Positions 13,140-26,760 of a stretch of DNA of 64,000 nt are shown here, one piece after another (position 1 is the stretch's first letter; the number at the start of each line of letters is the position of its first letter). The notes beneath the pieces were generated by a model that made no database searches, was not told the DNA's origin, and saw nothing but the letters and a program-made list of their open reading frames with translations. The position numbers and the translations under genes were made by a program. The stretch comes from Octopus vulgaris (taxonomy: Eukaryota), in contig OX597817.1 in assembly GCA_951406725.2 (NCBI GenBank), positions 159,774,001 through 159,838,000 of the forward strand, given 5' to 3'.

Positions 13140-13860
13140 ACAGCATCTCAGCATGTTGAAGTTCTTTATCTTCTCTTTTATTTGTGTGTTTCAAACTCTT
13201 GAGACCAACTTTGCTACTTCCTATGTCTTTCTTGGCCTGTCTATATCTTCTACAAGTTCCATCTGTTTCAATTGCTTGGCACTTTTTGCCACATAAAAAG
13301 CACAGGTGCTGGTGCCACATAAAAAGTACTGGTGATGGTGTCAAGTAAAAAAACACTGGTGATGGTGCCATGTAGAAAGCTCTGGTGATGGTGCCACATA
13401 AAAACCACCCAATAGACTGTAAAATGGCTGGCATCAGGAAGGGCATCCAGCTGTAGGAACCAAGCAAAAGTAGACTATGGAATCCGGTGCAGCCTCTGAC
13501 TTTGCCAGCTCCTATCAAGCTGTCTAACCATGCCAGCATGGAAAACGGACACTAAATGATAATGATGGTGGTGGTGGTGGTGGTCGTCGTTGTGATGATG
13601 ATGATAGTGATGTCTGTAGCAACTCAGTCTTTTCTCTGGCACCTTACATCTGATAAGTCTTCTATCCAGTTTTTCTCTCAGCTCATTTCTGTTCCCTCCT
13701 CCATGCATTCCCTGCATTCAATGTCCATGTTTCTTCTTACCATGCAGCATTGCATTTTTTTATGCGAGTATCATATGATATACTCTCAGTATATAAAGTG
13801 TGAATGACTTTGTTGGCAGCAGATTTAATACTGCCCCAAGGTTTTGCACCCTTTCTTTTC
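13140..13860 (-). mobile_element. Decayed RTE ORF fragment interrupted by a plus-strand RTE 3' UTR copy (13288-13612)
   Basis: ELREKLDRRLIRCKVPEKRL and KKCQAIETDGTCRR resemble the RTE C-terminus (LREKLDLRSISCGVQERRL, KKCHTLAVEGTCGR). Confidence 0.6.
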
Positions 13861-13989
13861 TTACTCTTGTTGCTCTACATTTGGAACTCATTCCTTCATT
13901 ATTAATTCCTTCACCCAGACAATGGAAACTCTGTGTGTATGTGTGAGTGTGTGCGTATGTGTGTGTGTGTGTGTGTCTGTGTGTCTATA

Positions 13990-14088
<99 letters not shown>

Positions 14089-14140
14089 CGTTTGTTTTCC
14101 ACCTGCCTTCGTCTTTTGTTTATTTTCATAAAGCTTCCCG

Positions 14141-14283
<143 letters not shown>

Positions 14284-14334
14284 GTATTGGAAAGAATGGA
14301 GCTGAACGAAGATTTAACAAAATTCCTTTATTTT

Positions 14335-14420
14335 ATTTTCGACATATGTTTCGAAGTCTGCAAAATCCCTAATTCCGAATGAATAAAGAGTCCATTATGC
14401 AGCTTTCTCTTCAGGAAAAT
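14335..14420 (-). ncRNA. Type I minimal hammerhead ribozyme
   Basis: ATTTTC-CTGAAGA-GAAAGCTGCA...TGCAGACTTC-GAAA-CATATG-TC^GAAAAT: 6-bp stem I, full core, stem II, palindromic stem III. Confidence 0.85.
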
Positions 14421-14968
14421 CCAGGAACTTAATTCTCCAACAAAATGCACAACAAGTTTTTCGATGACTGCTCACAAGGAGCCCATAGAGATAATGATAA
14501 ATAATGTCTATTTATAGGGGGTGATGCCAGATTGGCTGTAAGTAGGAGAAAATGTCAGTTAAAATAGTTCAAGGGTTCAATCAAGGTTGGAGAAGGAAGG
14601 TAAAGGAAAATTAAAGTGAGGGAATGTATTCTGTATGACTGGTGTTTATATTTGATTTATTTTATGAATGAGTGCTCGTATGTATGAGTGTGTAAAATTG
14701 CCTTAATGTGTGTGTGTGTCTGCGAATGCGTGAATGTGTGTGTGGAAGGCAGAGAGAAAGAATTAACGGTCAGGAGGTGAAAAGACTGTGTCTATGTGTT
14801 CAAATGTGTCAACTTAAGAGGGAGAGGGCAGATGGAGGCCACAATAGTAATGACAAGAGACAAGGTTACTGCTGGAATTGGTAGTAGTTCTTAGCAATTA
14901 TGAGGAAGTCTTATAAACTAACGGGATGAGATATCACCTTTTAATTTTGTAGGAAATCCAGGGGTTAT

Positions 14969-15305
14969 CTATATTAGACTTCGTTGGTATGAGTGAAAGG
15001 TATGCTTTTTCCAGTGTAGGCATCTGAAAGATCTCTTGACAATCGAGTTTATTAGTTGGCCTCGGGCAAACAGAATATGAAAGAGTTCGGAATTGCAGAG
15101 GGCACAGATTTTTCTGCCCTTATCAAACGGTAAGGACACCGATAATATTGACCATTCCAGCTTGAAAGTTGAATTTGCGTTCTTCAAACGCCAGACTAAT
15201 TTGCTTAGCCCCGTGGAGTGCTGTTTACTCTTATCACGGAACGTGGAAAAATGATTTGATATCCTTGTGGCTAATTTAGGGGAGGTTGCACCAATATAGA
15301 GGTAT
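14969..15305 (-). pseudogene. GIY-YIG endonuclease remnant of the Penelope-like element
   Basis: C-terminal ~110 aa of ORF 14969-15493 has YIG, the catalytic R and CxxC...CxH; the upstream part of that ORF is an unrelated RTE UTR insertion. Confidence 0.8.
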
Positions 15306-15309
15306 ATAT

Positions 15310-15635
15310 AGACGAGGCTGGCGAACGGCCACGCTCGGATGGTGTTTTTTTTTATGTGCCACCGACACAGGTGCCAGACGAGGCTGGCAGACGGCCACGC
15401 TCGGATGGTGTTTTTATGTGCCACCGACACAGGTGCCAGATGAGGCTGGCGAACGGCCACGATCAGATGGTGTTTGTTACGTGCCCACAGCACGGAGGCC
15501 AGTCAATGCGGTACTGGCTATGGCCACGTTCGGATGGTTTTCTTGTATGCCACCGGCACTGGTACCACAAAGATACAAATTCCATTGATGTTCATCTATT
15601 TTGATTTGTTTTGATTTGATTTGATTTGATTTTGA
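15310..15635 (-). mobile_element. Internal part of RTE 3' UTR (~60-bp minisatellite region)
   Basis: Highly similar to 38945-39320. Confidence 0.88.
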
Positions 15636-15672
15636 ATTTTTTGATTTATATATATATATAGGTCTTCATTTC

Positions 15673-15719
<47 letters not shown>

Positions 15720-15738
15720 ATTTATATATATATATATA

Positions 15739-15865
<127 letters not shown>

Positions 15866-15877
15866 ATATATATATTT

Positions 15878-16228
15878 ACGAGTCGTGTTCTGTCCTACCT
15901 TCGAAACACGCTAGAGTTGAACTCGGGACAGCTGATGAAGGGGATTTTTCCTTGTGTAGTTTGTTTTGTACTCTGTTTTTCTGTTGTAAAAAAATGGTTT
16001 GTTCCATGCTTGTTTTTCCATTTTCTTTTCTCGTTGAGTTCTACGTCTAGTTGTGGTGTCCTGTACTCACGTATATATATTTATATATGCATGTATATAT
16101 ACATGTAGATGTAGGTACGTACATATATGTATGTATGTATGCATATATTTTATTTATTACACTATTGTATGACAGCACCCTCGCGTCGATTTAATTTGAT
16201 TCGTTCGTTTCGTTCCGTTCTTATTCTC

Positions 16229-16235
<7 letters not shown>
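15878..16235. mobile_element. Probable Penelope-like terminal fragments embedded in (TA)n
   Basis: Bounded by (TA)n; contains cgaaacacg and ctgatgaag half-motifs and T-rich ends; no coding remnant. Confidence 0.4.
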
Positions 16236-16312
<77 letters not shown>

Positions 16313-16876
16313 TACATATTATATATTTGAAAAGTATTATATATTTGAAAAAATGAATAGAAATGGGTTTTCTATAAACATCTAATTATTAAAGTGGAAA
16401 AATTATCAGAAAATCCGTTTCTATTAATTTTTCAAATACATTCATATATATATATTATAATGAAAAACAGAAAAAATCTTGTGAAATACAATTACTCAGG
16501 GTTCCCTGACTAAAACAGCAATTTATTTTGCCATTTATCAAAGCTTTTTGTGGTTTTTATGATGATAATATCTTTACTCTTTTAACTGATTGAGTGCTAT
16601 ACTATTTGTTGAAAATCATATCTATCAATCTATTTATCTGTCTGTCTGTTTATCTCTCTCTCACTCTCTCTCTCTCCCTCTCCCTCTCTCTTTCTCTCTA
16701 TGTATATATATATATATATATAAAAAATGAATAAGGGTAAAAATTGATATTAATCAATTAAAACCAGTGGCCTAGCATATTAAAAAAATCCAAAGATTAA
16801 AATATTTTTTACATACAAAATTTAAAGGACTGACCAGTGGTCAGTCCTTTAAATTTTATATATATATATATATATA

Positions 16877-17155
16877 TCATCATCATCAACCTCATCATCA
16901 TCGTTTAACGTCCATTTTCCATGCTAGCATGGGTTGGACGGTTCAACTGGTGTCTGGGAAGCCAGAAGGCTGCGCCAGGCCCAGTCTGATCTGGCAGTGT
17001 TTCTACAGCTGGATGCCCTTCCTAACGCCAACCGCTCCGAGAGTGTAGTGGCTGCATTTTATGTGCCACCTGCACAGGTGCCAGACGAGGCTGGCAAACG
17101 GCCACTATCGGATGGTGCTTTTTACGTGCCACCGGCACGGGGGCCAGACGAGGCT
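16877..17155 (-). mobile_element. RTE 3' terminal copy
   Basis: Highly similar to 38737-38960, including the (cat)n tail. Confidence 0.88.
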
Positions 17156-17164
17156 ATATATATA

Positions 17165-17372
17165 TACAAGGGGGTGGGGCTGAAAAGTTCCTGGTTTGGG
17201 GTAAAAGAAAATACTGGAGCATTAGTGAATTATGATTTTATTCAACATATTCCCCTCTCAGGTTCACACACTTATTGCAGTGGTCCTTTAGTTTTTCTAA
17301 TCCTTGTAAAAGAACTCTGAAGGTTGGGCCTTCACAATTCCCTTAAATCCAGGAACTTTAAAGCACCTCTCA
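17165..17372. mobile_element. Mariner-type MITE
   Basis: Imperfect terminal inverted repeats (TIRs) tacaagggggtggggctgaaaagttcctgg / ccaggaactttaaagcacctctc. Confidence 0.6.
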
Positions 17373-17414
17373 CACCCACACTAACACACATAGACACACA
17401 CGCAGACACAGACT

Positions 17415-17445
<31 letters not shown>

Positions 17446-17544
17446 ACATTGTTTATTGCTTCCCAGCCACATGGTTTTAGGTTCAGTTCCATTGTGCAGT
17501 ACCTTGGTCAAATATCTTCATTTATAGAGTCAGGCCCACTATTA

Positions 17545-17822
17545 AACCACATAATGCTGCTTGTTCTAGTTTGCCTGAGTAAATGAAAAATAGAACCAAC
17601 TTCATGGTTGAGTGATTTGTTGTAATATGGGTATCCAACTGTAAAAAAACAATTTATTCAACTGACATCTGTTTATTACTCATCATTAAAACCAATGGCG
17701 ATCTGTTTTCTTAAACACATAACATTACTTGTTCTAGTTTGCCTGAGTAAATGAAAAATAGAAATTCTCTTACTTTGTGGTTGAGTGGTTAGTTGCAAAA
17801 TGGTTCACCAGCTGTAACAAAA
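17545..17822 (+). repeat. Diverged tandem duplication, ~169 bp period
   Basis: cttgttctagtttgcctgagtaaatgaaaaatagaa is identical at ~17560 and ~17728. Confidence 0.8.
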
Positions 17823-18567
17823 ACTATTTTTTGCTTTTAGTGTGTTCTCAGAGTCTGTTCAGACAACTCTTAGGAGTCTAAGACCCCTTATTAAATGTGC
17901 CTGGCCAAACCGTGTGTCAGAAAATTCCTTCAAGATTTAAGAAGTGTGCTTTTGTCTGATTGTGAAGTGTGTTGAACCAATAAGGTACCGGACAATCAGG
18001 TGTTTATGTATTCTCTCATTGGTATTGTATGGCATCACTGGTAAAACACTTAACTCCTAATGGTCTAATCCTCTTAGCTCTAAGTTCTTATGTTGTTGTT
18101 TAGCCCCAGGTCAGCCTGGGTGGAGAGGACTTATCTTCAAAGGCATTCCAGCTATGACCATTTCACCCTTTATTCAAACATAGTTCATGTATGACCACAT
18201 TATCCGTTGTGTACTTCTTTTAAGACAAAGGGTGTCTTTTCAACTTCTATTTTTAGCAGTTTATGCGATCAGATAAATATTCCCTTTTCTGCATGACTAA
18301 CTTGGAACCATTGTAAGCAGCAATAACTTTATGATATTAAATAGTTTTCTTGGTATGTAGTTATATAGAAAAAAATCTATTTATGTTAGATTGATATTGG
18401 GCATGGCTGTGTAGTTAAGGAGCTCACTTTGCAACCACAAGGTTTTGGGTTCAGTCCCATTACATGGCACCTTGTGTAAAGTGTCTTCTACTACAGTCCC
18501 CAGATGACCAATACCTTGTAAGTAAGTTTGGTAAATGGAAACTTTATAAAAACTCATTGTGTATATA

Positions 18568-19004
18568 CATATATTATATACATTTGGAAAATGATAGAGC
18601 AGAAGGTGCCAAACTTTGGTATCAAAACCTACCACTCACTGCGCCACGGAAGACGCTGCCAGCTGCCACCAATCAACAAAAAGGCTGGCCAGGCAGCAAA
18701 AACCCTGCGAGAATCAAGTCTGTTGGTTCGAGGAGCACAACTGTTCAACTCCATTCCGGTACATGTCAGAAATCTATCAGGATGCAGTGTGGAATCATTC
18801 AAATTGCAACTGGATAGATACTTAAGCACCATTAGAGATGAACCCCATCTCCCAGGATATACACAACGAGCACAAACTGACTCAAACTCGCTCCTACACA
18901 TGTCAAAATTAAGCAGAGAATACAACCTGGCAACCACACCAGACTCTGAGGGTGGAGTCTTCGACTTGGCCTGAGCATGGACTCAAACCCAAATGAAATG
19001 AAAT
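18568..19004 (+). mobile_element. CR1-group LINE 3' fragment
   Basis: YIWKMIEQKVPN...RHGRRC...RGAQLFNSIP..VRN...FKLQLDRYLSTIRDEP...SNSL; (aaatg)n tail. Confidence 0.75.
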
Positions 19005-19089
19005 ATGTATGTCTCTTCTATTTTTTAATTATCATAAATCTTCCATTGAAGAGGGAGCTAGTTTCCAACAAAGATACACGGCTCCATCT

Positions 19090-19530
19090 TTGGGATGTAG
19101 TTAACACAGACAAATTCTCATTTGGAAGTTGAGGAAAGTCTTGCATATTTTTACTGTTCCACTCACAGATTGAACTTGTAATGTACGAATCAGCCGGTCA
19201 GTTTCTCTTTCTAAAAATCCCTGTTTATCCAGATTCTCCTTTAAGCATTTACAAACAAAACCTAGTGCTCCAATTATTATTGTTATGAATATGAATTCAT
19301 AGTCTGAATATAGAAGCTGGAGGTTTTGAAACAATTGTCCATAGATATCCTCTTTTTCTTTGATTTTCAAAGCGATATTTATATCTGCAGGGCAGCTAAC
19401 CTCTATGATGGTACATACCTTTGCCCCTCTTTCCCGAACTACAATATCCAGCCTGCTATGCTTACATTTGAGAGAAGTATCGATGAGAATATTCTACCAG
19501 TATTCCTTGAGTTGGTGTTAATGAATGTAT
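19090..19530 (-). mobile_element. Non-LTR retrotransposon 3' fragment with restriction-like endonuclease (R2/R4 group)
   Basis: SRLDIVV...IIEVSCPAD...KIKEKEDIYG.L...IIIGALG: PD-(D/E)xK-type signature, degraded. Confidence 0.7.
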
Positions 19531-20447
19531 TCCATAACAGAGGAATTTCCTTAGTTTATTTCAGAACAGTCTACTTTGCAGATGGCATTGTAAATTGCTT
19601 TAGCAACAACATGGTGCCGCATAGGAAGGTAATATCATGATGACATTTTAGGACAGCTGCAAATTCACATGTAATGTCTTCCACAGAAACATGACATAGC
19701 CTATGTATGTAGGGGAGGGGCAAGTCTATACAAGGCATAGGTAACCTTTTACTTTCAATATGTTTCACAAGTTCATATTGTGTATCCAACAGACAACACT
19801 GACCTCACATTATTCCAACCACTGCAAGATTACTAACTATATGTGTGTGTGTGTATGTGTGTGTATTTGTGAATGTGTTTGTTCCCATGTTGGTTTGCTT
19901 TTATATGTCCCTGTAACTTAGCAGTTTGGGAAAAGACACTGATAGAATAGGTATTGAACTTAGAAACCGTAAAATAAGAACTGAGACTAATCAGTTTTAC
20001 TAAAATATCCTTCTAGGTGATGTCCTAGCATGGCCACAGTCCAGTGACTGAAACAAGTAAAAAATAAAAGATGTCTAGTGGAATTTATCTCTCATCTGTT
20101 TATGGTGAGGAAAACTGAAGCTAAGCCCTTCTTTGTGGATCCCTTTGTTTCAGAAAAGAACTTTAGTGTGCAGAATGTATTGACAAGCGCATGAGTTTTA
20201 GCTCCCTGTGTGGCAGCCAAATTAGTTACCCTCTTCCTTAAATGTAACATATTTTCAACTACAGCAAACATACATATATTAAGTAGCTACTCTCTGTGGT
20301 CAGCACTCCTATGCCATTGGCTCAATGTTGTAGAAGTTGTTGCTTAGCTCCAGATAAGTGTGATTGGGCAGATCTATGGTCAGAGGCATTGCAATCATGG
20401 TCACTCTATCTTATCTTCTAAATTATGGTGCTGTTGTCATTATTTAG

Positions 20448-20784
20448 GTGAGGGGTTCTCAGCTATTTTTTATTCACGGACTCCTTTGATTGCTATTTCA
20501 TTCTGGTGCCCCCCTCTCCTAACCATTTGATGCTTAAAAACTAGTTTTACTGAAACTTCCTTCAAAATTCCTATTTTCCACATTCCCTTATGTAGGTTGA
20601 ATTATGTAAAATGTTTGAGAAAGCAATTTAAATCTTTCTTGCAATACATAGCAATACATATATCTAAAGCAAAATTTTTTCAGGAGTCCTTAAAATACTA
20701 CTTTAAATCCTCAATTTACTATTTTCTTGCATGGGCCCTGAAAATCTTATATGGACCCTGAGAGGCCGTGGTTGAGAACCACTG
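20448..20784. mobile_element. hAT (Charlie-like) MITE
   Basis: TIRs aggggttctcagc / ggttgagaaccactg; subterminal atggaccc motifs. Confidence 0.6.
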
Positions 20785-22295
20785 GGGTCAATGTTATTGA
20801 CTTGCTCCTCCCCTTAAAATGCTATCCATGTGCCAAAATTAAGAAGAAATATTTAGGCAGAGGTCAGCCCTGATATAGCCAAACTATGACAAAAGGTATT
20901 TCATCAGCAGTCTTTGTGCACATTTAGTGTATGTATTACTACATTAATTATCCAATGTGTTTTTCCTGCTCAAAACAGAGTGATGTTTGCCTGCTATTTC
21001 TTGCAGGTTAAACAACTACATAGAGGTCATCTTCATTGACTCGCATAAAGGCCTCTCACAGGTGTTGTCAAATGGAGAAAGCTGTGTGGATTTGTCTATG
21101 AGGAACAATAGATGTTGATGGCCAAAGACAGTGCTTAGTTTTCAGGTGAATAATCTCTTACCACCACCTGTACATACCAACTGACTTCCTTACAATTACC
21201 AAGTATACTTATAATACACATGTTTCTCTACCCCTTTACTTTCAATATGTTCTATGTCCAACAGACAATACTGACCTCACATTTTTCCTATCACTGCAAG
21301 ATTACTAACTATATTTCACAACACAGCAATGTATATCTTTATAACACATCATGCACTCTAACTCTTACATGAAGTGAAAAACATTCCCTTTTTTTTTGTC
21401 ACTAAATGTAATAATATATCACTAAAAATTCTTCCACCCACTTGATATATATATTTTTTTAATGCTATCCCTCATTCCAACCCCCAACACTAATTAGGTC
21501 ACTAGGTAACATAACTTATGTGGTACTTCCAGTGAACTGTTCACATAATTATTTGCATCAGTAAACAAGTTTACTGAAATTTTTCATTCAGTGTAAGTCT
21601 ATTTGATACTACAACAACTTACAAAACTTGTACATCTCCAAGTTGAACATACTAATGATATTAAATAAATAAATAAAATTATAAATTAATGATTAAATAA
21701 TTAGTTTAAAAAATAATCAATTAAAACTCTATGTTTAATATTTATAACAGCCACACATTTATCAAACATTTCAATTATTGACAACAAAATATTTTAGTTC
21801 GCTTCTAATCAAAGGAGAATTTTCTTAAACCCCTAAAACATGTTAAACTCCTGAAACATATTTCTCTGCATGACTAGAAATATTTGCTTTTAATTTTTCT
21901 CTCTTCTAAACAGAAACAAATGCATTTTTTCGTCGTATTTATGAAAACTAATAGAAATCCTTGATAACTCAGGAAATAGCTATTCACCTCATGACAGAGT
22001 CTGTACATGATGAATTTCCTGTAGGATCAGCTACTTTTCATCAGCCAAAAGCTCACAGTTTATAACAGAAACCAGATCTTAGATCAGTGTTTCCTAACCG
22101 GGTTTCTCTAAGAGGTTACTAGGGGTTCTGTGAGAAATAATGGTAAATAGATGCAAACATGTATGTCTAATTAAGAAGTTTGTTTTGGAACCACATAATT
22201 TTGTGTTTAAGTCCCTCTGTGTAGCACCTTTGGTAAGTGTGTCTTGAGCTGACCAATGTCTCCCAAGTGAATTTGGCAGGCAGAAATTGTGTGTA

Positions 22296-22338
<43 letters not shown>

Positions 22339-23596
22339 ACGCACTCATGCATGCATGCGTGTGTTTGCATGTTTGAGAATGTGTATGTATGTGAGTGTGT
22401 AAGTGTGAGTGTCTTCTTGACTGTTTCTCATTGCTTGACAACTGTTGTAGGTTTGTTCACATCCCTGTAGCTTAGGGGTTGATTTGATTGACTAAAAAAA
22501 TTCATTCAAGGTGCTGCCTCAGCACAGCAGTAATCTAATGACTGAATCAATTAAAAGTACCTACGAGGCTTCATATCCTGAGATCTGGTCAGACCACTTT
22601 TCCTCATTGTTCCACTTCTACAGATGACCTACACATGGTTAGCATTCAGTAGTTTTGGATCCAAAAGTATTGATATACCTGTCTATACAAGGCATAGGTA
22701 ACCTTTTTTTTTGAGAAGCAGGCCACATAAGACATAGCTCATTATCAGGTTGGTTGTACTAAAAAAAAATTTAAGGTAATTTTTTGTCAGGTGTGCCATT
22801 CAGAAAATTTCCTTGGGCAATGGTTTGTACAAGACCATTCTATACACACCACTGAAACTAATAATATCATCATCATCATTTAATGTTTTCCATGCTGGCA
22901 TGGGTTGGATAGTTTGACTGAAAACTGGTAATCTGGGGAGCTGCATCAAGTTTCAATTTGATTTTGGCATGGTTGCTATGGTTGGATGCCCTTCCTAACA
23001 CCAACAACTTGAAAAGTGTAACGACTGCTTTTTACGTGCCACTGGCACTGAAAATAGTAATATAATGATTTCAAATTTTAGCACAAGACCAGCAATTTTT
23101 GGTGGTGGGGTAAGTGTTAAAAGGATGAAAGGCAAAGTCAACCTCAGCAGAATTTGAACTCAGAATGTAAAAACAGATGATCCGGGCTTTGCTATAATGA
23201 CAACAACAATATTCCTAATGATACTCATTTTCCTAGTTTTGATCATTGGTCTGTAGTTATACTCCAGTACTACTTTCAGCACTTTAAATATCATCATATT
23301 GATCCTATGGCTTATTTTAATCTCGTACTTATTTTATTGTCTCTGTTTATTGAATGGCTAAATTACCTTCAGGTACAAAGTAGTGCAGCCTGACACGCCA
23401 TATCAGAGCAGTATACAGAAGCACAAGCATAGATTCACAGATACACACAGCAATCCCTCACCATCTCACAGTTCAGCTGTCGCGGTTCACCTATCGCAAT
23501 TCACCTATTGCAGTTCACCTATAGCAGTTTCTTATTTAAGCTTACGTTGATTTCTCTATAGTGTTGTTTTGCATTTCTAATAAAATAAATATAGAC

Positions 23597-23937
23597 ACTA
23601 CTGGCACTTGTGCCGGTGGCACGAGAAAAAACATTCGAGTGAGGTCGCTGCCAGTGCCACTGGACTGGCTCCTGTACAAATGGCACATAAAAAGCACCAT
23701 TTTAGCATGGCCATTGCCAGTACCGCCTGACTGGCCCTCGTGCCGGTGGCATGTAAAAGCACCCACTACACTGTCGGAGTGGTTGGCATTACGAAGAGCA
23801 TCCAGCTGTAGAAACACTGCCAGATCAAGATTGGAGCCTGGTGCAGCCATCCAGTTCGCCAGTCCTCAGTCAAATCATCCAACCCATGCTAGCATGGAAA
23901 GCGGACGTTAAACGATAATGATGATAATGATGATGAT
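23597..23937 (+). mobile_element. RTE 3' UTR copy
   Basis: gtgccggtggca repeats; aacccatgctagcatggaaagcggacgttaaacgataatgatgat. Confidence 0.85.
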
Positions 23938-24188
23938 ACAAATTATAAAATATTATATATATATATATGTGTGTGTATATATATATATGTATATGTATGT
24001 ATATTTATGTATATATATATGTATATGTATATATGTATATGCATATATATATATGTATGTATATGTATATATATATATATATGTGTGTGTGTGTATGCAT
24101 ATGTGTATATATATGTGTATATATATATATATGTATATATATATGTGTGTGTGTGTGTGTATATATATATGTATATATATATATATGC

Positions 24189-24229
<41 letters not shown>

Positions 24230-24319
24230 AAACACATATATACATATATATATGTATATATATATATATACGCACACACATATTTATGTATGTATGTGTA
24301 TATATACATACATATATAT

Positions 24320-25110
<791 letters not shown>

Positions 25111-26590
25111 ATATATACCATTTATATTAGTCAGACTGGTGTCCTCCTCTTGATTATTATTTTTACCAAGTTTCCGCTATTGTGTGCTCCAGCTTTCTTC
25201 ATGTGCTTTGGGTCGAATTCAGTTATGGTATTTGAATTTCAAACATAACCCTTTATTTGATCTACAAGGATACACTGTTCTCATTCTGCTCTCTGCATTT
25301 TGTGGCATTTTTTGCTTCAGTTGAATTATATGAACTGCCTTAGTGCCTTGCTTGAGATTGAACTTTGAACCTCTAGGTGTCTACATTGCATTAACCAATG
25401 TCTTTATCTACAATGCTATGCCTGATACTACAACTGAGTTCAACACAAGACACCTGAAGAAGGCTGGAGCACACAGCAGTCAGAATGTAGTGAAAGCAAC
25501 AATCAAGATGTGGACACCAATATGAATGATATAAACAGTAAACATAATAGAAATTCATCATCCCAGTAATATAGAATTGCACTTCCTCATGTCAAATACT
25601 TTACAGTGTGTACTGGATAGTTTTTATTTCCACCAGCACTAGTAAGACCATCATGCTCAAGAATGCAGTCAGAAAATGTTAGTTAACTTACAAACAAGAA
25701 ATTTTGTTTCATGGTCACACCTATCACTTAGTTATTCTATCATGTAGTAAAATTCAAAAGGTTCCATGCCAAATCATGTAACAGGCATAACACCACATAA
25801 CCCTTGTTTCCTCTGCCTGCACCTAACTTTGGTTCTTCATCCTCCTTTGTTCAATGGATGACCATACATGTTCTCTTTGTTAGCAAGATCTTGATGGTGT
25901 AATTACCTAATGTAGAATAACATTGTAGGGTAGGTGTGAGAGCCTGGATCTGGTCAGTTTGAACATAAAACAGATTAAATATTTTGGCCGGATATGGCCG
26001 GTTTAAATACTAAAGGGTTAAGAAATTGGCTAGAATTCATGTGACACACCCAGATTCTAGCACCTTAGATGAACACCTAGTTTGCCTGGATGTAGCACCA
26101 GCTCTGACAATAGCTTTCTAAGCTACTGGACATAGATTTGCTGTCTTGCTTTTTGTAGAATTAGTTAACCACAAGTGGACTGTTTTCATTTATTAACCTA
26201 ATTTTTTAAAAACCAGCAGCTGTGCATTATTTTTTTCTTACTTCACACCTGGGAGTCCTGTCATGGTAAATTACAAAGCAAGCATTATTCCACTGGACCG
26301 GCTTATTTGATGTTGCCTTCTGTTTTAAATGGATTTGATTTATCCTCATGCTGAAATAGAACAGCCGGTGTCTTTGGTTCACATGTTTCATTGGTTGAAA
26401 TCTTATAGTGGTCATTATGTGAAATAGTCAGTCTAACTTCTTTGGTTATTTAAAAACTAAGCTTTATGGATCTGGTTCAGTTGGCACAGTTTTTTAAGAT
26501 TTGTTTTGTCCAAGTACCATGGTAAAGTAGCAGTGTGGCACTACAGCATAGAGGGATAGTGGTATTTTGGTATAAGTCTACTGTCATATA

Positions 26591-26760
26591 GGGTAAGGGT
26601 AAAAACCCCCTTTGGTCATGAATGACCATGGGATTGCAGCTAGAAAGTTACCCTTCAAAGCACAAGTCTGGACAAGGTTGTTTATGGAAGACCAGCAGTT
26701 GCCCATGCATGCCGGCCTCTTCTCTCCATGCCACCAATGTTATCCAAAGGCCGTTACAGC
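26591..26760 (-). mobile_element. 3' fragment of SINE family D
   Basis: Reverse complement of 48985-49131 (ggtcatgaatgaccatgggattgca.ctagaaagttaccc). Confidence 0.75.

Larger units (their letters stand above)
18398..20072 (+). mobile_element. SINE family B split by nested inserts (head 18398-18565, tail 19843-20072)
   Basis: Head ggcatggctgtgtagttaagg...gtgtcttctact; tail ccctgtaacttagcagtttgg...gactgaaacaagtaaaa. Confidence 0.6.

Noticed and set aside
14420-14968. SECIS element in the Penelope-like 3' UTR
   Set aside because: No convincing kink-turn stem seen by eye and no in-frame TGA in the surviving ORF; needs SECISearch
15895-15960. Second hammerhead (ctgatga at ~15932); similar at ~30820 and ~50095
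   Set aside because: No correctly placed GAAA with pairing stems; at best decayed
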